From Clostridiales bacterium GWD2_32_19 (GTDB lineage: Bacteria > Bacillota > Clostridia > Lachnospirales > UBA12420): DNA of 64,000 nucleotides. Below are positions 20,129-30,362 of the stretch, one piece after another. The notes beneath the pieces were generated by a model, which worked only from the letters and a program-made list of their open reading frames with translations, was not told the origin of the DNA and ran no database searches. The stretch covers positions 78,149 to 142,148 of the forward strand of contig MGOU01000021.1 of assembly GCA_001795385.1 (NCBI GenBank), read 5' to 3'. Numbering within the stretch: the stretch's first letter is position 1; every line of letters begins with the position of its first letter. The position numbers and the translations under genes are program-made.

Positions 20129-20878
20129 TCATTCCATTGGCGAGAATACTATTTTATCTTTGTATGTTGATAAATCAATGGTTCCTCTGTTTTTCTCAGG
20201 CATACGGTTTAAGACTACTGCTAGTTTACTCACCTTTTCATCTATTTTATCTAGTGTTTGAAATTTTACATCTATATTATTTATATAGATATGTATATCA
20301 AATTTATTTGCAATATCTAAAACAATCTTATTCTTAGTCAATCCATGTTTTTTTAGCACAATAATAAGATCATTTAAATCTTCAAATATTCCGTTATCTT
20401 CAATATTTATATTTTTACCAAGTTCAAATTCATTTACACCTAACCCTGTTATTATTGGGATATCTCTTGGTGCATTATCAGATATGTCTATTACAACACC
20501 ATTTTTGTCTATATAAATGTAATTATTACCTTGACATACATAACCTAACGGAGGATTTTCTATAACATTCAGTCTTATCTTATTTGGGAATATAAAATCA
20601 ACCTTTACATCTTCTATTTTTTTATATTTCTTTAATTGCTGTTTTATATCTTTTGTAAGTAAATAAAAAATATTATTTCCTTCGTTCAAGTTTAACATTT
20701 TTACAATCTCGTCTTTAGTATATAGTTTGTTACCCGTTACTTCTACATCACTCACTTTAAAAATAGGCGAGAAAGTAATACCCAAAATCATCATAATAAA
20801 TATTAATATAATGCCTAAATAATAAAAACGTTTTTTAGGATTTCTCCTATGTTTCTTTATATCATAGATATTACTCAA
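20129..20878 (-). CDS. ftsQ: Cell division protein FtsQ/DivIB
   Basis: Basic N-terminus, single TM helix, POTRA domain (FKVSDVEVTGN...VDFIFPNKIRLNVIE) and C-terminal GTIDLS. TTG start follows a GGAGGTGA RBS. Confidence 0.85.
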   Translation of the reverse strand: MSNIYDIKKHRRNPKKRFYYLGIILIFIMMILGITFSPIFKVSDVEVTGNKLYTKDEIVKMLNLNEGNNIFYLLTKDIKQQLKKYKKIEDVKVDFIFPNKIRLNVIENPPLGYVCQGNNYIYIDKNGVVIDISDNAPRDIPIITGLGVNEFELGKNINIEDNGIFEDLNDLIIVLKKHGLTKNKIVLDIANKFDIHIYINNIDVKFQTLDKIDEKVSKLAVVLNRMPEKNRGTIDLSTYKDKIVFSPME

Positions 20879-20933
20879 TAAATCACCTCCTGAAAATACA
20901 TATAACAAAGTATATATAACAGACAAAAATAAT

Positions 20934-22025
20934 CTAGTCGTTCTTTTCCATGTACACACTCGTAGATGGGAATGCTACAGATAAATTGTTTTTATCAAGT
21001 AAATTCATTATGTCTAAGTTTAATTTTTCTTGTATTGTTAAGTATTCTCCATAATCGGTAGTAGTTGCGAAATATTGAATTAATATTTCTAATGCACTAT
21101 CATTAAATGTTGTAAATGCTACATAAAAAGTGTCATTTTCTACATTTTCATCATTTATCAACATTTGCTTTATCTCTTCAGTTATTACGGCAATCTCAGT
21201 AGGTGTAGTTGAATATGTAAGTCCTAACTTAAACCTTACTCTTCTTTTACTCCTTTTAGACAAATTTATAATTTCTTCGTTACTCATTATAGAGTTTGGT
21301 ATTGTAAGAATTTCATCTTCAAAAGTACGTATTTGAGTACTCCTAAAACCTATATATTCAACTATACCTTCTCCTTGTTGTATTTTTATATAGTCACCTA
21401 TATTAAAAGTTTTTTCCAATATAATCATTATACTCCCAAATAAATTTGCTGCTGTATCTTTCGCAGCTAATGCTAATGCAAGACCTCCAATACCAAGTCC
21501 TGTAATTATTACGCCTACATTATACCACTGTTCTATTGATATTATTACGCCCAATATCCCTATAGCTATTTTATATATATTCTTAAAAAAAGGAATTAAC
21601 AAATCATTTTCATTTTCAGATACTTTTAAATATCCCTTATACATTAAATGTATTAAAAATGAATCAAGTCTATATAATGACCAAAATATTGATATGGCTA
21701 TAACAGACTTTAATACCTTATTCAAGAATGTAAATGAATGTACATCTAATGGCATTATGTTTACAATTGTTAGGTACATAAGTATTGTAGTGAGCATAAG
21801 ACTCAATGGAGCCTTAAGCATATTGATAGCTGAATTATTAAATTTATCTATATGGTTTTTAAAAAATATCTTTTTACATATATGTATTATACCACCTACT
21901 AAATAGGCTTTTACTATATATATTAAAAAAAACAGTATTACAATAAGCAAGATTTTAAATATTATATTTGATTGATAAATGTTAAAAAAGTTATTTAATT
22001 CATTAAATGTATCTTTAAATAGCAT
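20934..22025 (-). CDS. mscS: Small-conductance mechanosensitive channel (MscS family)
   Basis: GLGIGGLALALAAKDTAANLFGS, FNIGDYI, GFRSTQIRT, IPNS and AFPSTSVY. Confidence 0.92.
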   Translation of the reverse strand: MLFKDTFNELNNFFNIYQSNIIFKILLIVILFFLIYIVKAYLVGGIIHICKKIFFKNHIDKFNNSAINMLKAPLSLMLTTILMYLTIVNIMPLDVHSFTFLNKVLKSVIAISIFWSLYRLDSFLIHLMYKGYLKVSENENDLLIPFFKNIYKIAIGILGVIISIEQWYNVGVIITGLGIGGLALALAAKDTAANLFGSIMIILEKTFNIGDYIKIQQGEGIVEYIGFRSTQIRTFEDEILTIPNSIMSNEEIINLSKRSKRRVRFKLGLTYSTTPTEIAVITEEIKQMLINDENVENDTFYVAFTTFNDSALEILIQYFATTTDYGEYLTIQEKLNLDIMNLLDKNNLSVAFPSTSVYMEKND

Positions 22026-22764
22026 CTATATTCGCCACCTCTCTAATGTTGTCTAAGATTGATTTGGATTTTGTGTGTACTCCGCAGTCTATTATTCCAT
22101 AAGGTGTTTCTATTATACAATCTCCCATTTTCATAGTTTCGTCAATCATAAAACTTAATTTAACATCAGTTGAAAAATACTTTTCGATATCTGTTTTATT
22201 TTCAATGATTGTATCAAAATCTTTTTTGCACACTTTAATATTAAGTTGTTCAACATCATTAATCTTTGCAATTCCAATTTTTATAACATCGAGTATAAGC
22301 TTTCTGTCGAGTTCTAAAGATTGTGATACAACATTTTTTGAAATTTTCATAACCATTTCGAGTATTTTATTTTCTAATGATTTAATGTAAATTATATTAT
22401 CTTTTTCTAACTTTTGTATCTCTAATTTAAGTTTACATTCATATTCAAATACTATGTTTTCCTTATATTCTGCCGCATCTTTTAGCCCTTCATTATAACC
22501 TTCTTGATACCCTGTTTCATTTGCCTCTTTCTTAATTGTTTCTGATTCTTGTCTTGCATTATCTAAAATCTCTTGAATTCTTACTCTTATCACTTCGTCA
22601 AGTTCTTTATCATATAATATGTCATCATCTTCTATAGTTTGTACATCTATTACATCTACTTCATCAGAATAATACTCTGTAGGAGCATCCTTAACATGAT
22701 TTTTATAATCAAAAACTTCAATATTGTTTAAACTAACGGAAGATGCTTTAATAATACTAGACAA
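22015..22764 (-). CDS. fliH: Flagellar assembly protein FliH
   Basis: AxxxG repeats (GYQEGYNEG) and GDCIIETPYGIIDCG; follows fliG. Confidence 0.82.
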   Translation of the reverse strand: MSSIIKASSVSLNNIEVFDYKNHVKDAPTEYYSDEVDVIDVQTIEDDDILYDKELDEVIRVRIQEILDNARQESETIKKEANETGYQEGYNEGLKDAAEYKENIVFEYECKLKLEIQKLEKDNIIYIKSLENKILEMVMKISKNVVSQSLELDRKLILDVIKIGIAKINDVEQLNIKVCKKDFDTIIENKTDIEKYFSTDVKLSFMIDETMKMGDCIIETPYGIIDCGVHTKSKSILDNIREVANIDAI

Positions 22765-23770
22765 TTACCTCATCTCCTCCACCGCGAGCTATAATTATTT
22801 CGCCTGCTTCTTCTAATTTACGAACAACATTAACTATTTCTTGCTGTGCATCTTCTACATCACGTAGTTTAACAGGTCCCATAAAGTCCATGTCCTCATT
22901 TATCATAACAGCAAGTCGTTTAGAAACATTAGAAAGCATAACTTCTTTCACTTCTGAATTTGCTCCTTTAAGTGCAATTGCAAGTTTACTATTATCAACA
23001 TCTTTAAGTACTCTTTGAATAGACTTATTGTCAAGGGTAATGATGTCTTCAAATACGAACATCTTATTTTTTATTTCTTCAGCAAGTTCAACATCTTCAA
23101 TTTCTAGAGTTTCTAGGATATTTTTTTCTGTACCTCTGTCAACGGAATTTAATATTTCAATAACAGAATCTATTCCTCCTACTGAAGCAAATTCTTGAGA
23201 TACTGTTGCTGAAACCTTTGTTTCAAGAACTCTCTCTACTTCCCTTATAATTTCTGGTGAAGTTCTATCCATAACAGCAATTCTCTTTATGATATCTGCT
23301 TGCTTATCTTTTGATAGCGCAGATAAAATATTACCAGCCTGATGAGCACCTAAATACGATAAAACTAAGGCTATCGTTTGAGGATGTTCATCTTGAATAA
23401 AGTTAACAAGTTGGCTAGCTTCAGCTTTTCTCGCAAATTCAAAAGGTTTAACTTGCAAAGACATCGTAAGTTTAGATATAAGATCGTGCGCTCTATCCTT
23501 ACCTAAAGCTTTTTGTAGAACTTGTTGAGCATACTGAATTCCACCTTCAGTAATATATTCTTGTGCTATACATATTTCATAAAATTCCTGTAATATCTTT
23601 TCTTTTAATTGAGGTGCAACTGATGTAGTATTCGCTATCTCCATCGTTAGCTCTTCTATTTCCTCATCTGCAAGGTATTTAAATATTTCTGCTGCTTTTT
23701 CAGGCCCTAAAGTTATTAGTAGCATAGCAGATTTTTCGACACCTCTATAATCATTCTTTGAACTTGGCAT
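22757..23770 (-). CDS. fliG: Flagellar motor switch protein FliG
   Basis: EHPQTIALVLSY, MFVFEDI and DVEDAQQEIV. Confidence 0.96.
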   Translation of the reverse strand: MPSSKNDYRGVEKSAMLLITLGPEKAAEIFKYLADEEIEELTMEIANTTSVAPQLKEKILQEFYEICIAQEYITEGGIQYAQQVLQKALGKDRAHDLISKLTMSLQVKPFEFARKAEASQLVNFIQDEHPQTIALVLSYLGAHQAGNILSALSKDKQADIIKRIAVMDRTSPEIIREVERVLETKVSATVSQEFASVGGIDSVIEILNSVDRGTEKNILETLEIEDVELAEEIKNKMFVFEDIITLDNKSIQRVLKDVDNSKLAIALKGANSEVKEVMLSNVSKRLAVMINEDMDFMGPVKLRDVEDAQQEIVNVVRKLEEAGEIIIARGGGDEVIV

Positions 23771-23774
23771 TTAA

Positions 23775-25397
23775 TCACTCCCAATCTTCAGCTATCCAGT
23801 TTTTAAGTAATTGTGCTACTAGCTGGGGTTTTTGTTCTATGAAGTCTTCAATTCTTCTTTTAGTCTCAGAATCATTCTCATGAATCTCTGGCAAACCATC
23901 TGCGTTTTTACCATTTCTCGATCTTGTAGATACAAGCATTTGCTCAACAGACAATTCTGGTTCTGAGTGATGTACAGGCGCAGCACTTTTAGTTTTTCTA
24001 ATTAAATAAAACGCAAACATTAAAATAGCCATAATAATAATAATTACAGGTATATATTCCTGTATCGGGAAATCAAATTTAGCTTCTTCTATAAATACCG
24101 GTTTTTCGTAACCTGTAATTTTTACATCTGAAATGCCAGTTCCTTTTTTTATAAGATCAACTATATCTGTATCTAAAACCAAAGTAGTAGTTGTAGATTG
24201 TATTTTAGTTACATAGTCTTTCCATGTAGTATCTTTAAGTAATCCTTGTTTATTTAATTCCGAATAGTCATATGCTTTTGTTCGCCATACTATTACAGAA
24301 AGAGAAGATTCATCTAATAATGCATCACCAGTACTCTTTTCCATTTCTGAAACTGTCTTATTTACAGCATAAGTTGTACTAGTGTTTTCAGAAGTCGATT
24401 TCGAGGTATCTGTACTTCCAGTAAGATAATCAGTAGTTCCAGAATTACTCTCATATCCTGGTTCAGCTGTTCCTGCACCAGATTCGTTTGCTGTTGTTTG
24501 TATTTGTTCAGTTATAGGAATACCTTTTTTTCCACCCTCAAAAGGTGAAGAAACTTTTTCATTAGTTTCTTTATATTTATCAAAATTAATTTTCAAATTT
24601 GCAGTAACAGTAACATCATCATACATAGGAGAAAGCAAAGCTTTGACTTTGTTTTGTACTTCATTTTCTTTTGCTGTTCTAACTTCATCATACTTAGATA
24701 AATTGCCAGTAGCTGGATCATTCATCTCTTCACCTGAAAATAAAACGCTAGGACTTGTATCTGAAATACTTACATTATTTATACTCAAATCCTCAACGCT
24801 GGCTGCTACAAAATTTGCAACCCCCATAACTTCTTTTTTAGTTAAAGCCCTAGAAAGAGAGAGTTGTACACCGGCCTTTGCTGTTTTCTTTTCATCAGTT
24901 ACAAATGGGCTGTCTTCAGGTATAGTCAACTTAACTATAGCATCACTCACACCCTCGATTTTTTTAAGAGCTCCTACTAATTCTTCTTCTTTTAATTTTT
25001 TATATCTATATTTTTTCTCTGTTTCTGTTAAACCCATCATGTTTTCACTTGAAAATTCACTCCAAGAATACTCACTACCTAAAATGTTTTCAGTAGAAAC
25101 CGCTATTCTTGCCTTAGCCAAATCTTTTTTATTTACCATTACTCCTTGTCCATCTTCAGAAAGCTCATATGTTATTTTATTAGAGTCTAGGACGGTCTTT
25201 ATTTCACCCATGGTTTTATAAGAAACCTGCTCATCTGTCAATCTAACATATGAAGATTTAGTAAACATAAATACAGCTATTCCTAGTATAGCTAAAATGA
25301 CTATGACTATAAGACTTAGCTTTATTTTTTCTCCTCTATCTACTTGATTCCATTTTTCAGTAACTTGTTGTAGCATTCTTTCAAAAGTTTCACCCAT
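23775..25397 (-). CDS. fliF: Flagellar MS-ring protein FliF
   Basis: Two TM helices flanking ring-building domains; C-terminal AQLLKNWIAEDWE. Confidence 0.9.
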   Translation of the reverse strand: MGETFERMLQQVTEKWNQVDRGEKIKLSLIVIVILAILGIAVFMFTKSSYVRLTDEQVSYKTMGEIKTVLDSNKITYELSEDGQGVMVNKKDLAKARIAVSTENILGSEYSWSEFSSENMMGLTETEKKYRYKKLKEEELVGALKKIEGVSDAIVKLTIPEDSPFVTDEKKTAKAGVQLSLSRALTKKEVMGVANFVAASVEDLSINNVSISDTSPSVLFSGEEMNDPATGNLSKYDEVRTAKENEVQNKVKALLSPMYDDVTVTANLKINFDKYKETNEKVSSPFEGGKKGIPITEQIQTTANESGAGTAEPGYESNSGTTDYLTGSTDTSKSTSENTSTTYAVNKTVSEMEKSTGDALLDESSLSVIVWRTKAYDYSELNKQGLLKDTTWKDYVTKIQSTTTTLVLDTDIVDLIKKGTGISDVKITGYEKPVFIEEAKFDFPIQEYIPVIIIIMAILMFAFYLIRKTKSAAPVHHSEPELSVEQMLVSTRSRNGKNADGLPEIHENDSETKRRIEDFIEQKPQLVAQLLKNWIAEDWE

Positions 25398-25534
25398 ATA
25401 TTCACCCCTAATATGTAACTTGTCATGTAGTATTCACTTCATGCGTGATATATGCTTTACATGTGGTACAATTAGGTATTATAGCCTTTAAGACTACTAC
25501 CGCATAAACTACATAACCACATCAGCTTGCTGAC

Positions 25535-25852
25535 TTACATTTGTAATCTCATTATTTCTTTGTACGCTTCAATTGCTTTATTTCTAAGTTCCACAGTAAA
25601 CTGCAATGCTACACTTGCTTTTTCATTTGCAATTAGAACTTGGTGTATATTATCAATTTTACCGGTAACAAAATCATTTGTTGTACTGTCTGCTGCACTT
25701 TGTAGTTGTGTTGTATCACCTATTACATTTTTTGCAGCATCAAAAATAGCTTTAAATGCATCTGAATTAACGCTGTTATTTGAGGTTCCTTTGATTGCTT
25801 GTGCACTTTGTCTATATATTTCACTTACCTTACCAATTGAACTTATTGACAT
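25535..25852 (-). CDS. fliE: Flagellar hook-basal body protein FliE
   Basis: IHQVLIANEKASVALQFTVELRNKAIEAYKEIMRLQM. Confidence 0.93.
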   Translation of the reverse strand: MSISSIGKVSEIYRQSAQAIKGTSNNSVNSDAFKAIFDAAKNVIGDTTQLQSAADSTTNDFVTGKIDNIHQVLIANEKASVALQFTVELRNKAIEAYKEIMRLQM

Positions 25853-25922
25853 ATATAAAACCTCCGGTTTTCAAAGTACAAAGCAAAATATATGTTGTTT
25901 ATATTTGTACTTTGTTATCTAA

Positions 25923-26399
25923 TTAGCCTCTTCCTATCTCCAAGGCCTTTAGTGCCATACTCTTACTAGTATTCATAGCTGTAACATTAGCCTCATAAGT
26001 TCTACTAGCTGATATCATGTTTACCATTTCTTCAATTACATTTACATTTGGCATATTTACATACCCTTCTGCATCTGCATCAGGGTTCCCAGGATCATAT
26101 ATTTTTTTGAATTCACTTTGATCATCGACTATCTTGCTAACTCTAACACCCGCTCCAATATCATCTCCGGTTCCATTATCATCACCAGAATTGCCTATAA
26201 TTGATTTCATTTTATTATTTAAAACATCTTTAAAACTTTTTTGTTTTTCTTCAAATAGCACTGCCTTTCTTCTGTAAGGTGTGCCTTCTTCTGTCCGTGT
26301 AGTGTCTGCATTTGCTATATTCTGTGAAATTATATCCATTCTAAGTCTTTGAGCAGTAAGCCCACTAGAACTTATATCCATTGAACTAAAAAATGACAT
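25923..26399 (-). CDS. flgC: Flagellar basal-body rod protein FlgC
   Basis: [16 protein letters not shown] and YDPGNPDA...[21 protein letters not shown]. Confidence 0.96.
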   Translation of the reverse strand: MSFFSSMDISSSGLTAQRLRMDIISQNIANADTTRTEEGTPYRRKAVLFEEKQKSFKDVLNNKMKSIIGNSGDDNGTGDDIGAGVRVSKIVDDQSEFKKIYDPGNPDADAEGYVNMPNVNVIEEMVNMISASRTYEANVTAMNTSKSMALKALEIGRG

Positions 26400-26473
26400 A
26401 TGTACACCTCCTGTAGGAATATTAGAAAGTCAAAGTTCTAATTCACATGGCTCTCTATGCTTTTAAATTACTA

Positions 26474-26842
26474 TCATCCGCCTCTAAGTACTGTCTTTAT
26501 ACTATTAAATTTACCATTCATTCGAGCTATTAAAACATTGTATTTTATTGTATTTTTAGCCATGTCAGCCATTTCAGTATCTATATCTACATTATTACCA
26601 TCTGATCTATAACTTAAGTTTGCATTATCAGTATAAACTTCTGGGTCTATTCCATCTACATTTAAAACTTGCCCGTTTCCCATAGCACTATGTAATAATT
26701 CTTCAAATCTAACTGCTTTCTTCTTATAACCTGGTGTGTCTACATTTGATATATTATTAGCTATTACTTCATTACGCATTAATGATGCATCTAGAGCTTT
26801 TTCAAGCAATTTTGTATTTGAAAACATATTATTCATAAGCAT
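26474..26842 (-). CDS. flgB: Flagellar basal-body rod protein FlgB
   Basis: IANNISNVDTPGYK and DGNNVDIDTEM. Confidence 0.95.
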   Translation of the reverse strand: MLMNNMFSNTKLLEKALDASLMRNEVIANNISNVDTPGYKKKAVRFEELLHSAMGNGQVLNVDGIDPEVYTDNANLSYRSDGNNVDIDTEMADMAKNTIKYNVLIARMNGKFNSIKTVLRGG

Positions 26843-26958
26843 AAAATACACCTTCCTTACAAATTAGCTACTTTATTTCATTTATCGACATCTTTTACAA
26901 TTACCATTAATTAGTAATCAATAAATAACATATTTGTAACTATATCTTAACATATTCT

Positions 26959-26987
26959 ATTATAATATTTTTTCACTATAAACGCAA
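26959..26987 (-). promoter_or_regulatory. SigA promoter upstream of flgB
   Basis: Minus strand TTGCGT-N17-TATAAT. Confidence 0.55.
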
Positions 26988-27008
26988 TAGAAATAGACAA
27001 AAATAAAT

Positions 27009-27042
27009 AAAAAGTTGCAAGAAAATTTTTGCAACTTTTTAA
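27009..27042 (-). terminator. Terminator after lipoprotein 1
   Basis: AAAAAGTTGCAA-loop-TTGCAACTTTTT. Confidence 0.75.
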
Positions 27043-27099
27043 TAGTACATACAATGATTATATTTATTTATATATATGTCATTTTTTTGATTTTTTGCA

Positions 27100-27597
27100 T
27101 TATACTCCTGTCGATAATGAAATGACTTTCCAATTTCCATCAACTTGTTTTTCAATAAATGCAAACCTATTATTGATTCCTTTATCCCATGCAGTACCCT
27201 CATTATTAATTATTTCTATTTCTACCTTATATATGATTTGATTAGGTTTAATAAAAGACCCATCAGCATACAGCGTTTTAGGATCTAAAATTTTATAAGA
27301 CTTTAAAATTTCATTAGTTTTATCTTTAAAATAATATTTCAAAGCTTCTTCAGCCTTGATTTCATCCTCGTTTTTTACTGTTTCATCAATAGATTTAGAA
27401 CCATACTCAGTATTATCTCTATTTATTTCACTTTTTACTTCTGTATCTTTCACTGTAGTTATTGTTTCATCTAGTTCCTGTGTTATTGTGGTATCATCTT
27501 TTACCGTGTTATGTATTTGATCAGTGTTTTGTTGTTCGCATCCTGAAAATAGTAATCCTAGTACTAGAATAGTACTTACTAACTTAATTTTTTTCAT
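27100..27597 (-). CDS. Lipoprotein of unknown function (possibly DUF4829-like)
   Basis: Lipobox LFSGC after MKKIKLVSTILVLGL; C-terminal WKVISLSTG. Confidence 0.7.
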   Translation of the reverse strand: MKKIKLVSTILVLGLLFSGCEQQNTDQIHNTVKDDTTITQELDETITTVKDTEVKSEINRDNTEYGSKSIDETVKNEDEIKAEEALKYYFKDKTNEILKSYKILDPKTLYADGSFIKPNQIIYKVEIEIINNEGTAWDKGINNRFAFIEKQVDGNWKVISLSTGV

Positions 27598-27724
27598 TTT
27601 GAATCCCTCCATTTTAAATTTAATATTGTAAAAATCAACTGACATATATTGCTATATTTCCACACGAATTACCCTTTGTCAATTAAAATATTCAAATAAA
27701 GTTCATAATCAAGATGACACGAAC

Positions 27725-27753
27725 AAAAAGTTGCAATTTTTTTTGCACTTTTT
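27725..27753 (-). terminator. Terminator after lipoprotein 2, a near-copy of the one after lipoprotein 1
   Basis: AAAAAGTTGCAA-loop-TTGCACTTTTT. Confidence 0.65.
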
Positions 27754-27765
27754 ATAAAAATATCA

Positions 27766-28266
27766 TTAATGATTTTTATTTGTTATTTCAAACTCTGCAT
27801 TCTCTGGTATATATATTGTTTTCAATTCTTCGAATTCTGATGAATCTACACCCTCGTCTGAATATCTAACTTGAACAGACAGTTCCTTTGAATTTTTACT
27901 TACTATACGAATTTCGGTTCCTAAACCTGCAAAGAATAAAAAACAAGCATTAGAATTATTACGACTTTCTCCTTGAAAAATACCATGAAAACTTCCTGTT
28001 TTTATCTTTTCTTCTTTTTCTCCATCATATTTTATAATATAAACATCTGTTAATGGAGCTTCTCCATTTTCTACAGCTGTTTTATTAGTTAATTCAGCAT
28101 ACCATTCTAGTCTAACTTGTTGACTTTTATTATCTACTTGACTTTGTTCTTGTGTTACAACTACATCGCTTTTTAGTGCTTTATCAACCTTAGTACTACT
28201 CTGCCCACATCCTGAAAATAGTAATCCTAGTACTAGAATAGTACTTACTAACTTAACTTTTTTCAT
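27766..28266 (-). CDS. Lipoprotein of unknown function
   Basis: Lipobox LFSGC after MKKVKLVSTILVLGL; starts 35 bp after topA. Confidence 0.7.
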   Translation of the reverse strand: MKKVKLVSTILVLGLLFSGCGQSSTKVDKALKSDVVVTQEQSQVDNKSQQVRLEWYAELTNKTAVENGEAPLTDVYIIKYDGEKEEKIKTGSFHGIFQGESRNNSNACFLFFAGLGTEIRIVSKNSKELSVQVRYSDEGVDSSEFEELKTIYIPENAEFEITNKNH

Positions 28267-28301
28267 TTAAATACCTCCATTCAAAATCTAGTATATCACA
28301 T

Positions 28302-30362
28302 TTACTTCTTATACTCGCATTTAGAGTTATTACATACTACAGCCTTATTCTTTCTTCCTTTTTCAACTAACATATCTCCACATTCTGGACATTTTTCATT
28401 TAATGGCTTGTTCCATGTGAGGAAGTCACATTCTGGATTGTGTTCACAACCGTAATACAAAATACCCTTTTTACTTTTTTTCTCTAATATTTCTCCATTA
28501 CATTTTGGACATTTTACTCCTATTTCCTTTTTAATTGGTTTGGCATTTTTACACTCTGGGAAACCTGGACATGCGAGAAAATCTCCAAATCTTCCGCGTT
28601 TAACAACCATGTTTTTACCACACTTTTCGCATAGTATGTCTGTTACTTCAACTTTTATTTCAATTTTCCCTATAGTTGTTTCAGCAAGCTCTAATATTGG
28701 ACTAAAACCTTCATAAAATTCTCTTATAGTTTCTTTCCAGTTGGCTTTTCCGTCAGCTATTTCGTCTAATTCTCTCTCTAGCTTTGCAGTAAAGTGGACA
28801 TCTACTATATTTTCAAAATGATTTTCCATAATCCCATTTACTATGTTACCAAGCTCTGTCGGAATAAGACTTTTACCTTCTTTGGTAACATATCTTCTAA
28901 TAAGTATTGTAGATATTGTTGCCGCATATGTGCTCGGACGTCCTATGCCATTTTCTTCTAAGATTTTTACAAGAGATGCTTCTGTAAATCTAGGTGGTGG
29001 CTCTGTGAAATGCTGTTTTTCATCTAGTGTCTTTAAGTTTACTTTTTCTCCTTGTTCCAATTCTGGAATAGGATTTTTAGCTTCTTCACTTTCCTCGAAG
29101 TTATATACTTTTAAGAAACCATCAAATTTAATTGTAGATCCTGTAGCTTTAAAGTTATATTCCCCTGCATCTATATCAACACCATGGGTGCTGTAAACAG
29201 CGGATGCCATTTGTGAGGCAACACTTCTTTCCCAAATAAGCTTATAAAGTTTATATTGGTCTTTAGTTAATGACTCAGCAAGCATATTAGGTGTTTTATT
29301 AACATCTGTTATTCTTACAGCTTCATGGGCATCTTGTGATCTACCTTTTGATTTATATACTGGATCGGTTTTACTAACATAGTCATTCCCATATTTCTGA
29401 TTTATATATGTTTTTGCATCAGTTTTAAATTCTTCTGAAAGCCTTGTAGAATCGGTACGCATATACGTAATAAGACCTACATGACCTTCGCCTTGTATAT
29501 CTATACCTTCATACAATTGCTGTGCTATTTGCATTGTTTTACTTGGAGTAAAATTTAGTTTTGAAAAAGCAGTTTGTTGCAAAGTACTTGTAATGAAAGG
29601 TGGCAAAGAATTTTTATGTTTTTCTCCACGTTTTACAGCTTTAACAATAAATTCCTGTTTTTTAATATATTTGAGTATATCTTTCATTTCATCTGCATTA
29701 GTAATTTTTATTTTTTTACTGTTTTTACCATGTAAAACAGCCTCAAATGAAGTCTTTGCTTTTCCTTTTATAAGCTGGGCTTTTAAAGACCAGTATTCTT
29801 CTTTTACAAAATGCTCTATTTCTTCTTCTCTATCGCAAACAAGTCTAAGAGCGACTGATTGAACTCTACCTGCACTTAATCCTTTTGCAACCTTTTTCCA
29901 AAGAAGAGGGCTTATCTTGTAACCAACTATTCTATCAAGGATTCTGCGTGTTTGTTGTGCATCAACTAAATCCATATTTATATTTCTAGCATTTGTTACA
30001 GCCTCTGTTACAGCATTTTTAGTTATTTCGTTAAATGTTATTCTAAATGTTTTAGATTCATCAAGTTTTAAAGCATTCATGAGATGCCAAGAAATAGCTT
30101 CACCTTCGCGGTCAGGGTCAGTTGCTAGGAATACTTTTTCTGATTTTGCTGCCTCTTGTTTTAATTTTTTTATTAATGGAGCTTTCCCGCGGATATTTAT
30201 ATATTGTGGCTCAAAATCATTTTCGATATCGATCCCTAGTTTACTTTTTGGTAAATCTCTTATGTGTCCCATAGAAGCATCTATTTTATAATCTTTTCCT
30301 AAAAATTTTCCAATAGTTTTTGACTTCGCTGGTGACTCTACAATCAGTAAGTATTTTGACAT
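28302..30362 (-). CDS. topA: DNA topoisomerase I
   Basis: IVESPAK, LATDPDREGE, SAGRVQS, GLITYMRTDS and C-terminal zinc ribbons. Confidence 0.98.
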   Translation of the reverse strand: MSKYLLIVESPAKSKTIGKFLGKDYKIDASMGHIRDLPKSKLGIDIENDFEPQYINIRGKAPLIKKLKQEAAKSEKVFLATDPDREGEAISWHLMNALKLDESKTFRITFNEITKNAVTEAVTNARNINMDLVDAQQTRRILDRIVGYKISPLLWKKVAKGLSAGRVQSVALRLVCDREEEIEHFVKEEYWSLKAQLIKGKAKTSFEAVLHGKNSKKIKITNADEMKDILKYIKKQEFIVKAVKRGEKHKNSLPPFITSTLQQTAFSKLNFTPSKTMQIAQQLYEGIDIQGEGHVGLITYMRTDSTRLSEEFKTDAKTYINQKYGNDYVSKTDPVYKSKGRSQDAHEAVRITDVNKTPNMLAESLTKDQYKLYKLIWERSVASQMASAVYSTHGVDIDAGEYNFKATGSTIKFDGFLKVYNFEESEEAKNPIPELEQGEKVNLKTLDEKQHFTEPPPRFTEASLVKILEENGIGRPSTYAATISTILIRRYVTKEGKSLIPTELGNIVNGIMENHFENIVDVHFTAKLERELDEIADGKANWKETIREFYEGFSPILELAETTIGKIEIKVEVTDILCEKCGKNMVVKRGRFGDFLACPGFPECKNAKPIKKEIGVKCPKCNGEILEKKSKKGILYYGCEHNPECDFLTWNKPLNEKCPECGDMLVEKGRKNKAVVCNNSKCEYKK

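Noticed and set aside
24643-25221. 192-aa antisense ORF inside fliF (similarly 47723-48214, 49094-49477, 14859-15296 and 12388-12573)
   Set aside because: These are shadow ORFs opposite or overlapping well-supported genes or regulatory DNA, with no motifs or RBS.
26882-26909. Sigma-28 promoter upstream of flgB (TAAT-N16-GTCGATAA)
   Set aside because: The -35 is weak, TGTCGA also fits a Spo0A-like box, and a better SigA promoter lies upstream.
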